This document shows positions 29,684 through 39,900 of a DNA stretch of 64,000 bases, one piece after another. The stretch comes from Spirochaetia bacterium (GTDB taxonomy: Bacteria; Spirochaetota; Spirochaetia; DSM-2461), in assembly GCA_963666985.2 (NCBI GenBank), contig CAXXIA010000001.1, forward strand, positions 1,056,001 through 1,120,000. The letters are read 5' to 3'. Within the stretch, counting starts at the first letter, position 1; each line of letters opens with the position of its first letter. The notes below the pieces were generated by a model. The model did not search any database. It was not told the DNA's origin and saw only the letters and a list, made by a program, of their open reading frames with translations. The translations under genes were made by a program, and so were the position numbers.

Positions 29684-30937
29684 GTGAAGCTCCAGGAGAA
29701 ACGCATGCACCAGGCTCAAGTGCTGGCCAAGGAAGGGTACAAGCAGTACCGAATCGCCGAAATACTCGGCGTTACCGACCGAACGGTTCGAAATTACCTC
29801 AGCGGACACAGTCCCAAAATGAGCCCCAGGAAGAAACGGAAGAGCAAGCTCGACCACTTCAAATCCCATATTCGCAGTGTACTTGAGGAGGAACCGCTCT
29901 TCAATTGCGAGGTGCTTTATAAGAATCTTTGCGCCATGGGTTACACCGGAGGAATCACCATCCTCCGTGATTTCGCCAAAGAGACCCGAGATGAGATTCA
30001 GAGAGAAGTAGTTCGCCGCTTCGAAACCCAGGCCGGCTACCAGGCACAGATGGACTGGAAGATATTGCCGAAGGAACACTGGCGAGGCGTCTACGCCTTC
30101 GTCATGGTCCTCGGCTACAGCCGGACTCCCTATGTGAGATTCACCACCGATATGACCAGCGGCACACTGCTGGCCTGCCACCAGAAAGCCTTTGAGTATT
30201 TTGGCGGTGTTCCTCAGACTGTATTGTACGACAACATGAAAACAGCATGGGTCCACGACGGAGAAGAGTGGAAGACCAACTCCCGGTTACTGGAGTTCGC
30301 TTCCTCCTACGGTTTCTCTCCAAGACGATGCGCCGTCAGGCGTCCCCAGACCAAAGGAAAAGTAGAGAGGTTCATCGACTACCTTTCGGGTAACTTCCTT
30401 TCTCAGGCACGGCGTAGTGGCCTGAAGACGATCGAAGAACTCAATGACGCCATTCTGCCCTGGCTGACTGAAGTTCAGCAGAAAGAGCTCCGGGACTACC
30501 AGGAAAGTCGTGCCCAGCGATATGAGGTGGAGAAATCCTTCCTGCAACCGGCACCGCCAGAGGGAGCTTTTGACTACCGTGACAGCATTCAGCTCATTGT
30601 CAGTCGAGAAGGCTCAGTCACCTACAAGACTAACAAGTACAGCGTGCCGCCTGTATTGGTTGGTAAGAAGCTGACGCTGAAAATCGATGCGCTTTCCATG
30701 CAGGGGGAAATCCTCAATGGGAAGGTTTCCATACGGCTATTCAATCTCCTTCCAGCTGGCTCCCGGCAGAAGGATATCCGCAATGAAGATCGGGAAGCAC
30801 TCTTTACCCTGTGGGAGAAGCAGCGTAAGAAGTCGGCGAAAAAACCAGTCCGGAAGCAACAAGATGAGCAGACCATCGTCGATATCAGAAATCCTGCCTA
30901 CTATGAGCGCTTTGTCGCTGTGGGAGTCTCGGTATGA
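29684..30937 (+). CDS. istA: IS21 transposase IstA
   Basis: RFETQAGYQAQMDW, LGYSR, YDNMKTA, PQTKGKVER. Confidence 0.95.
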   Translation: MKLQEKRMHQAQVLAKEGYKQYRIAEILGVTDRTVRNYLSGHSPKMSPRKKRKSKLDHFKSHIRSVLEEEPLFNCEVLYKNLCAMGYTGGITILRDFAKETRDEIQREVVRRFETQAGYQAQMDWKILPKEHWRGVYAFVMVLGYSRTPYVRFTTDMTSGTLLACHQKAFEYFGGVPQTVLYDNMKTAWVHDGEEWKTNSRLLEFASSYGFSPRRCAVRRPQTKGKVERFIDYLSGNFLSQARRSGLKTIEELNDAILPWLTEVQQKELRDYQESRAQRYEVEKSFLQPAPPEGAFDYRDSIQLIVSREGSVTYKTNKYSVPPVLVGKKLTLKIDALSMQGEILNGKVSIRLFNLLPAGSRQKDIRNEDREALFTLWEKQRKKSAKKPVRKQQDEQTIVDIRNPAYYERFVAVGVSV

Positions 30938-31698
30938 ATATCAAACTTGAGACCGTCACCGAGAGAATGAATTCGCTGGGTATGAGTTTCATGTCCGCAG
31001 GACTGGAATCCTTCCTGGCAGAACCCCGCCGGCAGGAACAGACGGTACTGGATATCGTTGCCGACTTGATGGAACTTGAATACATCCCCCGTAAAGAACG
31101 GAGCGCCAAGAGCCGCTTGAAGCTTTCAGGAATGCCGGCAGTGAAAAGGCTGGAAGACTTCGACAGGGGGTGGCTCAAAGGTGGTATCACCAACCGCCAG
31201 TTTGACGAGCTCTCCTCTCTGGCCTTCATCGAGCGAAAGGAGAACGTCATTCTCATGGGTCCCAGCGGCCTGGGAAAATCTCATCTGATGCTGGCCCTGG
31301 GGCACAAGGCCTGCATGGAGGGATTCACCACCTACCATACCACCTGCATCGACCTCATTGAGAACCTGGTTCTTGCCCGAGAGAACAACCGGCTCAAGCG
31401 TCGGCTGGTATGGCTCCGAAAACCGCACCTGCTTCTCATCGATGAAGTCGGTTACGAGAAGCTGACACCCGAACAGGCTAATCTTTTCTTCCAGGTTGTG
31501 AATGCCCGGTATGAACAGGGGAGTATGATCATTACGACGAACAAGCCATTTGGCAGATGGGCGGAGATAATGAGTGATGAGGCTGTTGCCAGTGCAACCC
31601 TGGACCGTCTGCTTCACCATGCTCATATCCTGAGTCTTCAAGGAGACTCGTACCGAATGAAGGATCGGTTGAAAGCGGGAGTCGTTGACTTCCTTTGA
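30934..31698 (+). CDS. istB: IS21 helper ATPase IstB
   Basis: GPSGLGKSH, LLLIDEVGY, TTNKPF..W, ATLDRLLHH, GDSYR. Confidence 0.96.
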   Translation: MNIKLETVTERMNSLGMSFMSAGLESFLAEPRRQEQTVLDIVADLMELEYIPRKERSAKSRLKLSGMPAVKRLEDFDRGWLKGGITNRQFDELSSLAFIERKENVILMGPSGLGKSHLMLALGHKACMEGFTTYHTTCIDLIENLVLARENNRLKRRLVWLRKPHLLLIDEVGYEKLTPEQANLFFQVVNARYEQGSMIITTNKPFGRWAEIMSDEAVASATLDRLLHHAHILSLQGDSYRMKDRLKAGVVDFL

Positions 31699-31757
31699 CG
31701 CCCAAAACCGGAAAAACTAAATCGGTGAAATCCGGAAATGTTTCGTCGGTGTTGACA

Positions 31758-32128
31758 ATCAGGCGCTTTGGGCCAGGGAAGTAGTCGACGGTCTGATTCA
31801 TCACAGTGATCGTGGAAGGCAGTATCTTTCGTTTCGATATTCGGATCGATTGACAGAGGCCGGTATCGAGCCTTCGGTTGGGAGCAAAGGAGACTCGTAC
31901 GATAACGCAATGGCTGAGACTATCAACGGTCTCTACAAAGCCGAAGTCATCCACCGGAGGAGCTCATGGCAGAGAATAGAACAGGTTGAATTGGAAACCC
32001 TGGACTGGGTGGACTGGTACAACAACCGCCGAATCATGGAGCCGCTTGGAGATATCCCCCCGGCGAAGTTTGAATCGATGTATTATGAACAGGAAGAATG
32101 TTCGGCAGTAGCTGCCGGACTCAACTAA
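31758..32128 (+). pseudogene. IS3 OrfB, C-terminal part
   Basis: Continues in frame after IS21: ...ALWAREVVDGLIHHSDRGRQY...GDSYDNAMAETINGLYKAE...WYNNRR. Confidence 0.9.
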
Positions 32129-32158
32129 AACAGCCTCCGGGAATCCCGGTGTGGTTCA

Positions 32159-32702
32159 TTCCATAGATACATTTATGGTCGGGTATCTTAAGGGTGTAGG
32201 ACGCGTCTATATGCAGAGTGTCCTGGACTGCTATAGTCGCCACGCTTGGGGACGTCTGTACACATCTAAAATACCGGTGACCGCCGTCCATGTGATGAAT
32301 AACGACGTCCTTCCGTTCTTCGAGCAGCATAAAGTGAAAATCGAAACAGTGCTGTCGGACAATGGAAGGGAATACTGCGGCAGAGCTGACCAGCACCCCT
32401 TTGAACTCTTTCTTCTTCTGCTGGAGGATATAGAACATCGGATGACGGCTGTTCGACGCCCTCAAAGCAACGGATTTGTTGAACGTTTCCACCGAACAAT
32501 TCTTGATGAACACTTCCGTATCAAAGGCAGAACCAAGTTCTACGAGGCCGTTGCTGAGATGCAACAGGATCTTGACGAATACTTGGACCACTACAATAAA
32601 GAGCGGCCGCATCAAGGCCGAAATATGAATGGTAAGACACCCTTAACGGTCTTCGTTGAAGGCCTGAAAAAGATTCCAAAGAACGGCGGTAAAGCCGCCT
32701 AA
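32159..32702 (+). pseudogene. IS481 transposase C-terminal (integrase core) fragment
   Basis: IDTFMVGYLKGVGRVY, LSDNGREYCG, PQSNGFVERF, YNKERPHQG. Confidence 0.88.
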
Positions 32703-32753
32703 AAAGGAGGACAGTTCAGGAGCAGGGTGTCAGGTGAATACTGTCACTGTACA

Positions 32754-32892
32754 TCTGGGCGCCACCAAGAATTTCGACTATGGTTTTCATGGATACGGTT
32801 CCCCTCTCTGATTTGGTTTGTCCTCAAACTCATCATACCAGAGAGATGGCCGTATCCTTTTATTCCTATTCACGGGATTTTTTGAAAGAGCC
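32754..32892 (-). mobile_element. probable left-end remnant of a further IS (family uncertain)
   Basis: Starts GGCTCTTTCAAAAA. A TGGTATGAT -10 lies inside a GGATACGG...CCGTATCC hairpin that overlaps the RBS. ATG 32790 (MKTIVEILGGAQ) is cut by the IS481 end. Confidence 0.45.
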
Positions 32893-32943
32893 TCATTTAT
32901 ATAAAGATTAATTCTGCATATTCTTTTTTTGAAATAAACGGTA

Positions 32944-33972
32944 TTATTTACCCACGTATTTCATCATCAAATCGTAAATTCGATTAAGCTTAATCACATC
33001 CGGATGATCTACCTCATATTTTGTATCACCACCTGCATAATGGGTTAAGCGATAATACTTGTCATAATATTGATCTATAGCTGTAATTTGATAACCATCG
33101 CCCTCCGCATTCGGATATTCCTTTTTAGGGTTAAAGCCATTTTCCAATAGCCACCTTGCAGATTCATAGTTAACTGAATCAATTGCTACTTGTAACAGAG
33201 GTAATTCGGGATCAAAAAAATACCTCTTGCTGACCATGGCATCTGCCAACTTATCAAAAAAGACATCTATTCGACTTACCATCTCATATGAAAGACTTGC
33301 TTTATTGCTCTCAGATTCTAAATTATACCCATATTCTAACAACTTTAATGACGCTTCTGGTTTATTATCCAAAATTGAAGAATAGAAGGTCGTAAATCCT
33401 TTCGAAGAAGTAGCATACAAGTTAGGACTTAGTTGTAAGAACTTTTCCAAGTCTTCTGTACTATATTCGCTAATAATAAAAAAAAGTGCTGTATAACCGG
33501 AAGGTGAAGTAAACTCTATATTGGCTCCTTTTGCTACTAGTTCAATAATAAAATCAATACTAGCCCTATTAAGTGATGCCCAAGTCAACAACGAATTTCC
33601 CGATTCAATAAGAGAAGTATTAGGATCAAGTCCATAATCAAGCATCAATTTAATAACATTAGTTCTTTCTTTATTAACTAGGAAATCAATCACGCTAACA
33701 TTATTCATTTTAAAATTGGGATTAGCCCCGTACGTAAGGAGCAATTTAATTGCTTCTTCATCATCTTTTTCAACAGCCAATCTCAAAGGATAATTACTAA
33801 TTGATGGATCCCCTACATTGCCTTTTTTCTCCAACAATACTAAAAGTCTCTCGTTATTACCTTCTTCAACTACTGAATAGACTTCATCAACCGTCGGAGA
33901 ACAATTTAAAAAGATAGATACACCTACTGCAATCAGAAATATTACATAGCTATTCTTGTCGTTGAATAACAT
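32944..33972 (-). CDS. ankyrin-repeat lipoprotein, probable immunity protein
   Basis: Lipobox-like ...VSIFLNC; repeats PLRLAV...LLLTYGANPN, GNSLLTWA...GANIE, GYTALF; AT-rich; overlaps the toxin stop. Confidence 0.85.
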   Translation of the reverse strand: MLFNDKNSYVIFLIAVGVSIFLNCSPTVDEVYSVVEEGNNERLLVLLEKKGNVGDPSISNYPLRLAVEKDDEEAIKLLLTYGANPNFKMNNVSVIDFLVNKERTNVIKLMLDYGLDPNTSLIESGNSLLTWASLNRASIDFIIELVAKGANIEFTSPSGYTALFFIISEYSTEDLEKFLQLSPNLYATSSKGFTTFYSSILDNKPEASLKLLEYGYNLESESNKASLSYEMVSRIDVFFDKLADAMVSKRYFFDPELPLLQVAIDSVNYESARWLLENGFNPKKEYPNAEGDGYQITAIDQYYDKYYRLTHYAGGDTKYEVDHPDVIKLNRIYDLMMKYVGK

Positions 33973-36900
33973 AAACGCCTCTTACATCTTCTAACGTATA
34001 GTTTTTTGGTGTATTGCGGTCGGATGTATCATGGAATGATAAATTCCCTTTCTCATCAACACCCGTAACATTAACAAAATGTCCTCCAACATCCGCAATT
34101 ATATAGCCATTTTTACTATCACTTCCTGCGAATTCTTTTATGATGACTTGTGACTGAGCAGCATCTCTATTACGTAAAACACTGTATAATATTCCAGTCA
34201 TATCACCAACCAAAGCCGAGATTGTACTTTCATTCATATTTGCATCAGCACCCACACCACCAACTGTAGGAAAATCAAAACGAAAATACTTGTCTTTACC
34301 AGCAAGAGATGCTGCGCTTTGGTCTAAATAAGGGATAATATTTCTTGGGACACCTTTCTTCATGTTTATTTCCCTAGCTTCAGAATTCCCAATATTAACC
34401 GCTGCGATAAAAAGGCATCCAAAGTTACCAAGATTATTTTCTCTAAATGCGCCATTTCTTCCGCCAAAATCTCCTGTTCTACGACTTCCCATAAGTGCAG
34501 ACCTGTTAGTTGAGCTATTCATATATTGGCCAGAGGTAATATCGAGGATCTTCATCCCCGTCGGATCGATATATCTAACAGGATTATTCGAAACATACGA
34601 ATACCAGTTCGTTGCCTCAATAATGGAGTATCCCGATCGCGGCTTCCCATCACTGCCCATAGGATTAATCAACTCAAACCCCGCCGGGTCAGCACTCATC
34701 CATCGAGCCAACTGAGGCTCATAGTATCGAGCCCCGTAATAATACAGCCCGGTCTCCTCATCCCATTCCTTCCCCGTAAACCGGAAGGGAATCAGATCCC
34801 GATAGGAGCTGTCGGCATTCTGGATTTCCACCCAAAGCTCTCCCCAGGGGGTGTATTCAATCCTCTCATACACCTCACCCTCATGGTCGGTTATCAGACT
34901 CGCACTGCCCAAGTGGTCCGGATGATAGGTGTAGGTATGCGAATCTTCATAGCCGGTACTCTCTTGAATACTATTGTAGCCGATGCGGGTTATCAATCTT
35001 TGGCTGCCAAGGAAGATATGTTTGGATTGCCGTATGTCGCCGCTGTCGGTTACTTCACTCCAGTAGCTGTTGTAATAGAGGCTCTCTCCGCTTCCTGTGT
35101 ACTTGCTGGTCCGCTCTCCCTCACCGTCATAGAGAAAGCTGATGGTCTCTTGCGGCTGGAGAACTTTGATGAGATGGTTCTCTTCATCCCAGACGAACTC
35201 TCGTTTGTAGGGTTCACCTTCTTCTTTCTCCGGATTGCTCACCAAGCCGAAGCCTCTGTCGGCGATGCGAACCTCTCCGTCTCTGGTGAGATTCGGCCGA
35301 TCATTACTTGAGATTGTTTCCGGGTCTGTGACGCTTTCTTCAATGATGTTGCCGTTCTCATCATAGCTGTAATAAAGGCTGCCGACTTGAGTAGCCTGAT
35401 GGGGCTTGAAGTCTCCGTAGGTGTATTCCAATGAGTAATTCAGAAGGTTCAGGGAGGAACTGTCGGGAGGGCTGCGATCTTCCGATGAGACTTTGCTTAA
35501 CATGTTACCCAGGTTGTCATATGTGTATTGCTGACTGTAGGTGCTTCTCCAGCTTGGGATACCGTAGGGTCGGTGTTCGTAGGTGCCGCGGGAAGACACA
35601 ATCTGGTAAAGATCGTCGTATTCGTAGGTTTGGTTGGTGGTGCCCGCGTCGGTTGTGTTGGTTCGCTTCCTAACATTGCCGACGCTATCAAAGCTGTAGG
35701 TGATGTCCTGCCATGTTTGGTTGTATTCGTTTTGGGTGGTCAGGCTGGAAAGCCAACGGGTGTATGGGTCGTATTCATAGGTTGTTTCGGTGCCGTTTCC
35801 AAAGAGGATGTGGAGTCTCTGTCCGAACTCGTCATAGCCGATTGATTCAACAAGGATGTTTTCATAGCCCGGAATGTCGAGTCGTGTGCTGACGATGCGG
35901 TTGATTTGGCCTCCCTCGTCGTATTCATAGTCGATACGTTCCTCATCGGGATAGACGATGTGTCGCATGCGGCCCAGGTAGTCGCTTTGGTATTGCATGA
36001 GGGTACTGCGTTCGTTTTCCTGGGGGCTTTGCCGCTTAAGGGTACGGTTTTCCCAGATAACTTCGCCGAGTTCTCCGTAGCGGTATTCAATTTCTCCCGA
36101 GCCGTCTTTACGGGAAACAAGGCGGCCTGCCCTGTTATAGTCGCTACCGGATTCCCCGTAGGAATATTCGATGTTTTGGGTGTTACCGGTATCGGGATAG
36201 CGAACGGTTATGAGGCGGTTTAAGTCATCATATTCATAGGTGATTTCGGTGCCGACCCGGCGAAGATTGGCGTCGACTTTCCGGGTGATGTTTCCAACCT
36301 CGTCGTACTCGAATTCGATAAGGCCTCTTTCCGGACTCTTCCGGGTCAGACAGGCGCCGCGGAGGTCATAGGTAAATACGGTGACGATTTCACCTTTCGG
36401 GCCTTCCTGAGCAACCTGTACCAGTTCACCTGTAGGCCGGTAGTCGTAAAAGGCTTCCATCAGGATTGTCTCAGATCCATCTTGCCGGCTAATTCGGCGG
36501 ATTCTGCCGAAGCGGTCGTTTTCGCTCACCGACCGGTTTCCTTCGGGATCAATCTTCGTGGCGATCAGGCGTCCTTCATCATCTATACCGTATTCGAAGG
36601 TAACGATTCGCTGGGGATTACCCGGGAACGTGATGGTTACGGGTCTATCCAGTCCGTCGTATTCGGTTCGTGTAGGATTCTTAAGCTCAACCAATTCCGG
36701 CAATGCGATTCCGGAAATGAAGATCGACTGACCTTCAGCGATCACTCGTGCCTTGGCATCGAACTCAAGAGCTCCCGAGACATTCCAGCCAAGTTCTTTT
36801 TCCCCATCCAAATAGACCATGCCGGTTTTAGCGGTTTGCAGCGTGCGTCCCAATCCGTCAATATAGGTGACCGTTTCAATCACTTGCGTATCATCGCTCT

Positions 36901-39900
36901 CGAAGCTCACTTTGTTTCTGCTGATCGCAAGCGAAATCGGCGATGAATCGAAGTTTTCAGAATTTTCTTCTTGATCCCGAAGGCGGTATTCGTAGGCAAG
37001 TGCCGGAATATCTTCGTCATAGGGCGTATAGAGCGCAGTCAGGCGCCCGAACTCATCGTATTCACGCCTCTCAACTCCTTCGTTCCGATCAATACGGCTC
37101 TTCAAAAGGCCGCGGCTGTAATTCCAGCTCTGACGGCTATCATATCCGGCCCTACCGCTTTCGGCATTATCGGTCCTGATAACTTCAAGATACTTTTTCC
37201 ATCCCGACCTGTCATATTCAAATTGGAGCCTGTAACCGCGGGGATCGCTCAGAGAAATAAGGTTGCCCCAATCATCCCAATCCATTTCGTATTCATGGGA
37301 AACATTTTGTTCGCTGAAGTGAAGAATGCTCTTCGGGTTGCCTCGGTTGTCATAGGCTCCCTTACGGCGGCGGATCAATGCACCATCGGCGTCCCGAACT
37401 TCCATGCTCGTCGGAAGAGAGACCAAATAGCGATCGGGAAGATTCGGACGATACGAATCATGTCCGCTCAGATGCCGGTCGTATCGAATCTCCAGGATCA
37501 CTCCGGCATCCGGATCACCTTCAATTCGCTCAGCAACCCGAGTCACGTTTCCATACAAACCGTCGTATGTAAAATCTGTCATCATCACCGACTCCCGGTT
37601 ATCGGCGATTTCCTTTCGAATACTTGTTTGAACAACCGGTGCCGGATAACTGAAGTACGTTCCGCTTTCACATCTTGCGACGGTTCCCGGATAAGTTGTA
37701 ATTTCCCGGTTTACAAGATCCGACTCTCCGATAAAGAAAAGGGTTTCAAGAAGCAGCCCGCGTCTCTCATAAGAGTTATTTTCATAGCGCTTAACGATGC
37801 GGTTGAGGATTCTTAGAGTGCCCGAATTCTCATCTTCATCAAGAATACGCGTTGTGACTTTTGAGAATCCCAAAAACTGCCGGTCCTCCCGGTCATAACA
37901 GGCCCCTTCATAAGTAATGGCACTTTGATATTGATGAATACCGCCTTCGGTACGCTTTGAAGCATCGTTGCGGATAAAAGAGCTCATCACCCAGCGGCTC
38001 TGCGGACATTCGATTGAATGACTCGAACGTTCATAATCAAGTTCATATCTTCCGCCGGGAGGCAGTGTAATGGCCTTCAAGAGTCCGGTTTTTCCCAGAA
38101 TATTCTTCTTCACACGAACACCATCGTCGCCGGGAAAGGCCAGAACATGCTCGGGCGTGCCGTCTCCGTCCATATCCCGCATCGTTAAGGAAGCCGAAGC
38201 GGTTCCATAGGTTCCGCCGATGTCCGGCTGTACGGTCAGACTGATCACCTTAAAATTATAGGAGAAAGAAACATAGGCACCCAGATTCAGGCTTACACCG
38301 GTACTGTAATCCAGTACGTCTTCTATACTCGTGGGATTCAGGGCGTTTGAATCGGGATTCTCTGAAAAATTAATTGAAACAGTTCCCGCTGACGGCACCG
38401 AATGACCGGCCACTTCAAGTCCCTCTACATTTGATTGAAGTGCAGTCAAATCAGCCGCGATATCATCGGCAAGCCGGTTCTCCAGATCCAGAGCTTTCCA
38501 CTCCTCACGATAGATCTTTATCGGCTGCTCTGCGAACGTTATCGCCTAAGTTCACAAGGACCAGGAAGAAATCATTATCGGCTTTTTTCACCACCATATC
38601 AGGCAATCCGTCACCGGTCGAAATCCATCATTTTGTGGGTTGTTCGTCTTACAGTGCCGCTCCCGCCCATTGAAGCACCGGCAGCCGCCGCTCACCGGGC
38701 CGGCGTTTACATGAAATTCAACACCGACGGTCCCGCCGACCGAGCCGGTATTGCTTGTCTCCAAGCCTTCCGAAAGTCCATTAGTTTTGGCGAAAGCGGG
38801 AAGCACGCTCATGTTGAACCCGTTACCCCAGGAATACATACTTGTCTCAAAGGTGCCTCCGGTATTCAGATAAACTTCGATTCCGCTTCCACCGGAGCGA
38901 CTCACAAAATCCGGCAATCCGTCGCCATTAATGTCCCGCAAATCACGTGTCTTTACATTCTGGCTGAAAGCGAAGTTCACACCGGAACTTATGCCGCCTC
39001 CCTGTCCGTTATCATCACTTTTTTTTCCTTCCGCTGCTTTCTTGAACCCCGTGATTATTGCCATTGCCATCCGCGTATATATTTGAAGATCCGCCTGAGG
39101 TTCCTGCGGAAAAACCAATAGTATAACCGTCCATTTTATTAAACGAGAGATAAGATTGTGGAGAGGATACTGTAGCAATCGAACCGAATCCGTCGCCCGT
39201 TCCCGGCCAAAGCCGAAAGGAATCCCCTCCTTTTTGAGAGAATCTAAGCAAATCGGGATATCTGTTCCCCGTTGATATCGATTAATCCGGCATATTGGTA
39301 TGATTTTCCCCAGTTATGGCTTCCTTTGATACCCAGTCCGAAATCGACACCTCCGTTGATATCGTTGGTTATCGTCCGTCCGGCGCCGATGGTATCAAGA
39401 ACGGAAGTTGAGGATACACCCGGGATAATCTCATACCGCTCGCCGCCGCGGCGCGAGGGCCGCATCAAATCACCTTCTATCAAGGCTGTGTAGCGGCGCA
39501 TCTTATGAATCGATCGTCCTTGAGAATCCAGGTCGGTGTAGGCATTTTCACTGATATCGCCGATCCAGGAATCCTCCGAAACCGTTAAATCACCGCCCCA
39601 TTGGGAAAGATAGTATTCATCCGGCCCCACGATACTCTTCAGTCGATTAGGTTTCAGCGGAATATAATAGGAAGGAATCGGTGTGCCGAGTGCCTCAACG
39701 GCAGCATCACTTTTATTTTGAATATCATTATAGGAACTGTAGTCGGGTTCACCACTGAAAAATGAAGGATCAAATTCCCCGTGATATCCGTTCCATTGGC
39801 CGTAGAACCAGCCGGCGACTCCGCCGGACAGGTATTCACGAGGCATGGCCTTCAGCCGATTCACCTGATCATCAGTAACCTCGCCGCTAAATTCGCCTTC

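Larger units (their letters stand above)
29561..31757 (+). mobile_element. intact IS21-family element with a 6-bp target duplication ATCAGG
   Basis: TGTCAGCACCG.../...CGGTGTTGACA termini with subterminal repeats; ATCAGG at 29555-29560 and 31758-31763. Confidence 0.95.
28644..32158 (+). mobile_element. IS3-family (IS51/IS629-like) element interrupted by IS21
   Basis: IRs TGAACCACCCCGGCTTTACCGGAGGC / TGAACCACACCGGGATTCCCGGAGGC; no target-site duplication. Confidence 0.9.
28273..32753 (+). mobile_element. IS481-family element, interrupted by IS3 and partly deleted
   Basis: 27-bp imperfect IRs TGTAGTGTGATGGTATTTACCTGACAC / TGTACAGTGACAGTATTCACCTGACAC; flanks TCTGAA and TCTGGG (imperfect). Confidence 0.88.

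Noticed and set aside
38588..39251. Separate small genes (196 aa and 78 aa) between two toxin halves
   Set aside because: They are frameshifted pieces of one continuous FG-GAP-repeat sequence.
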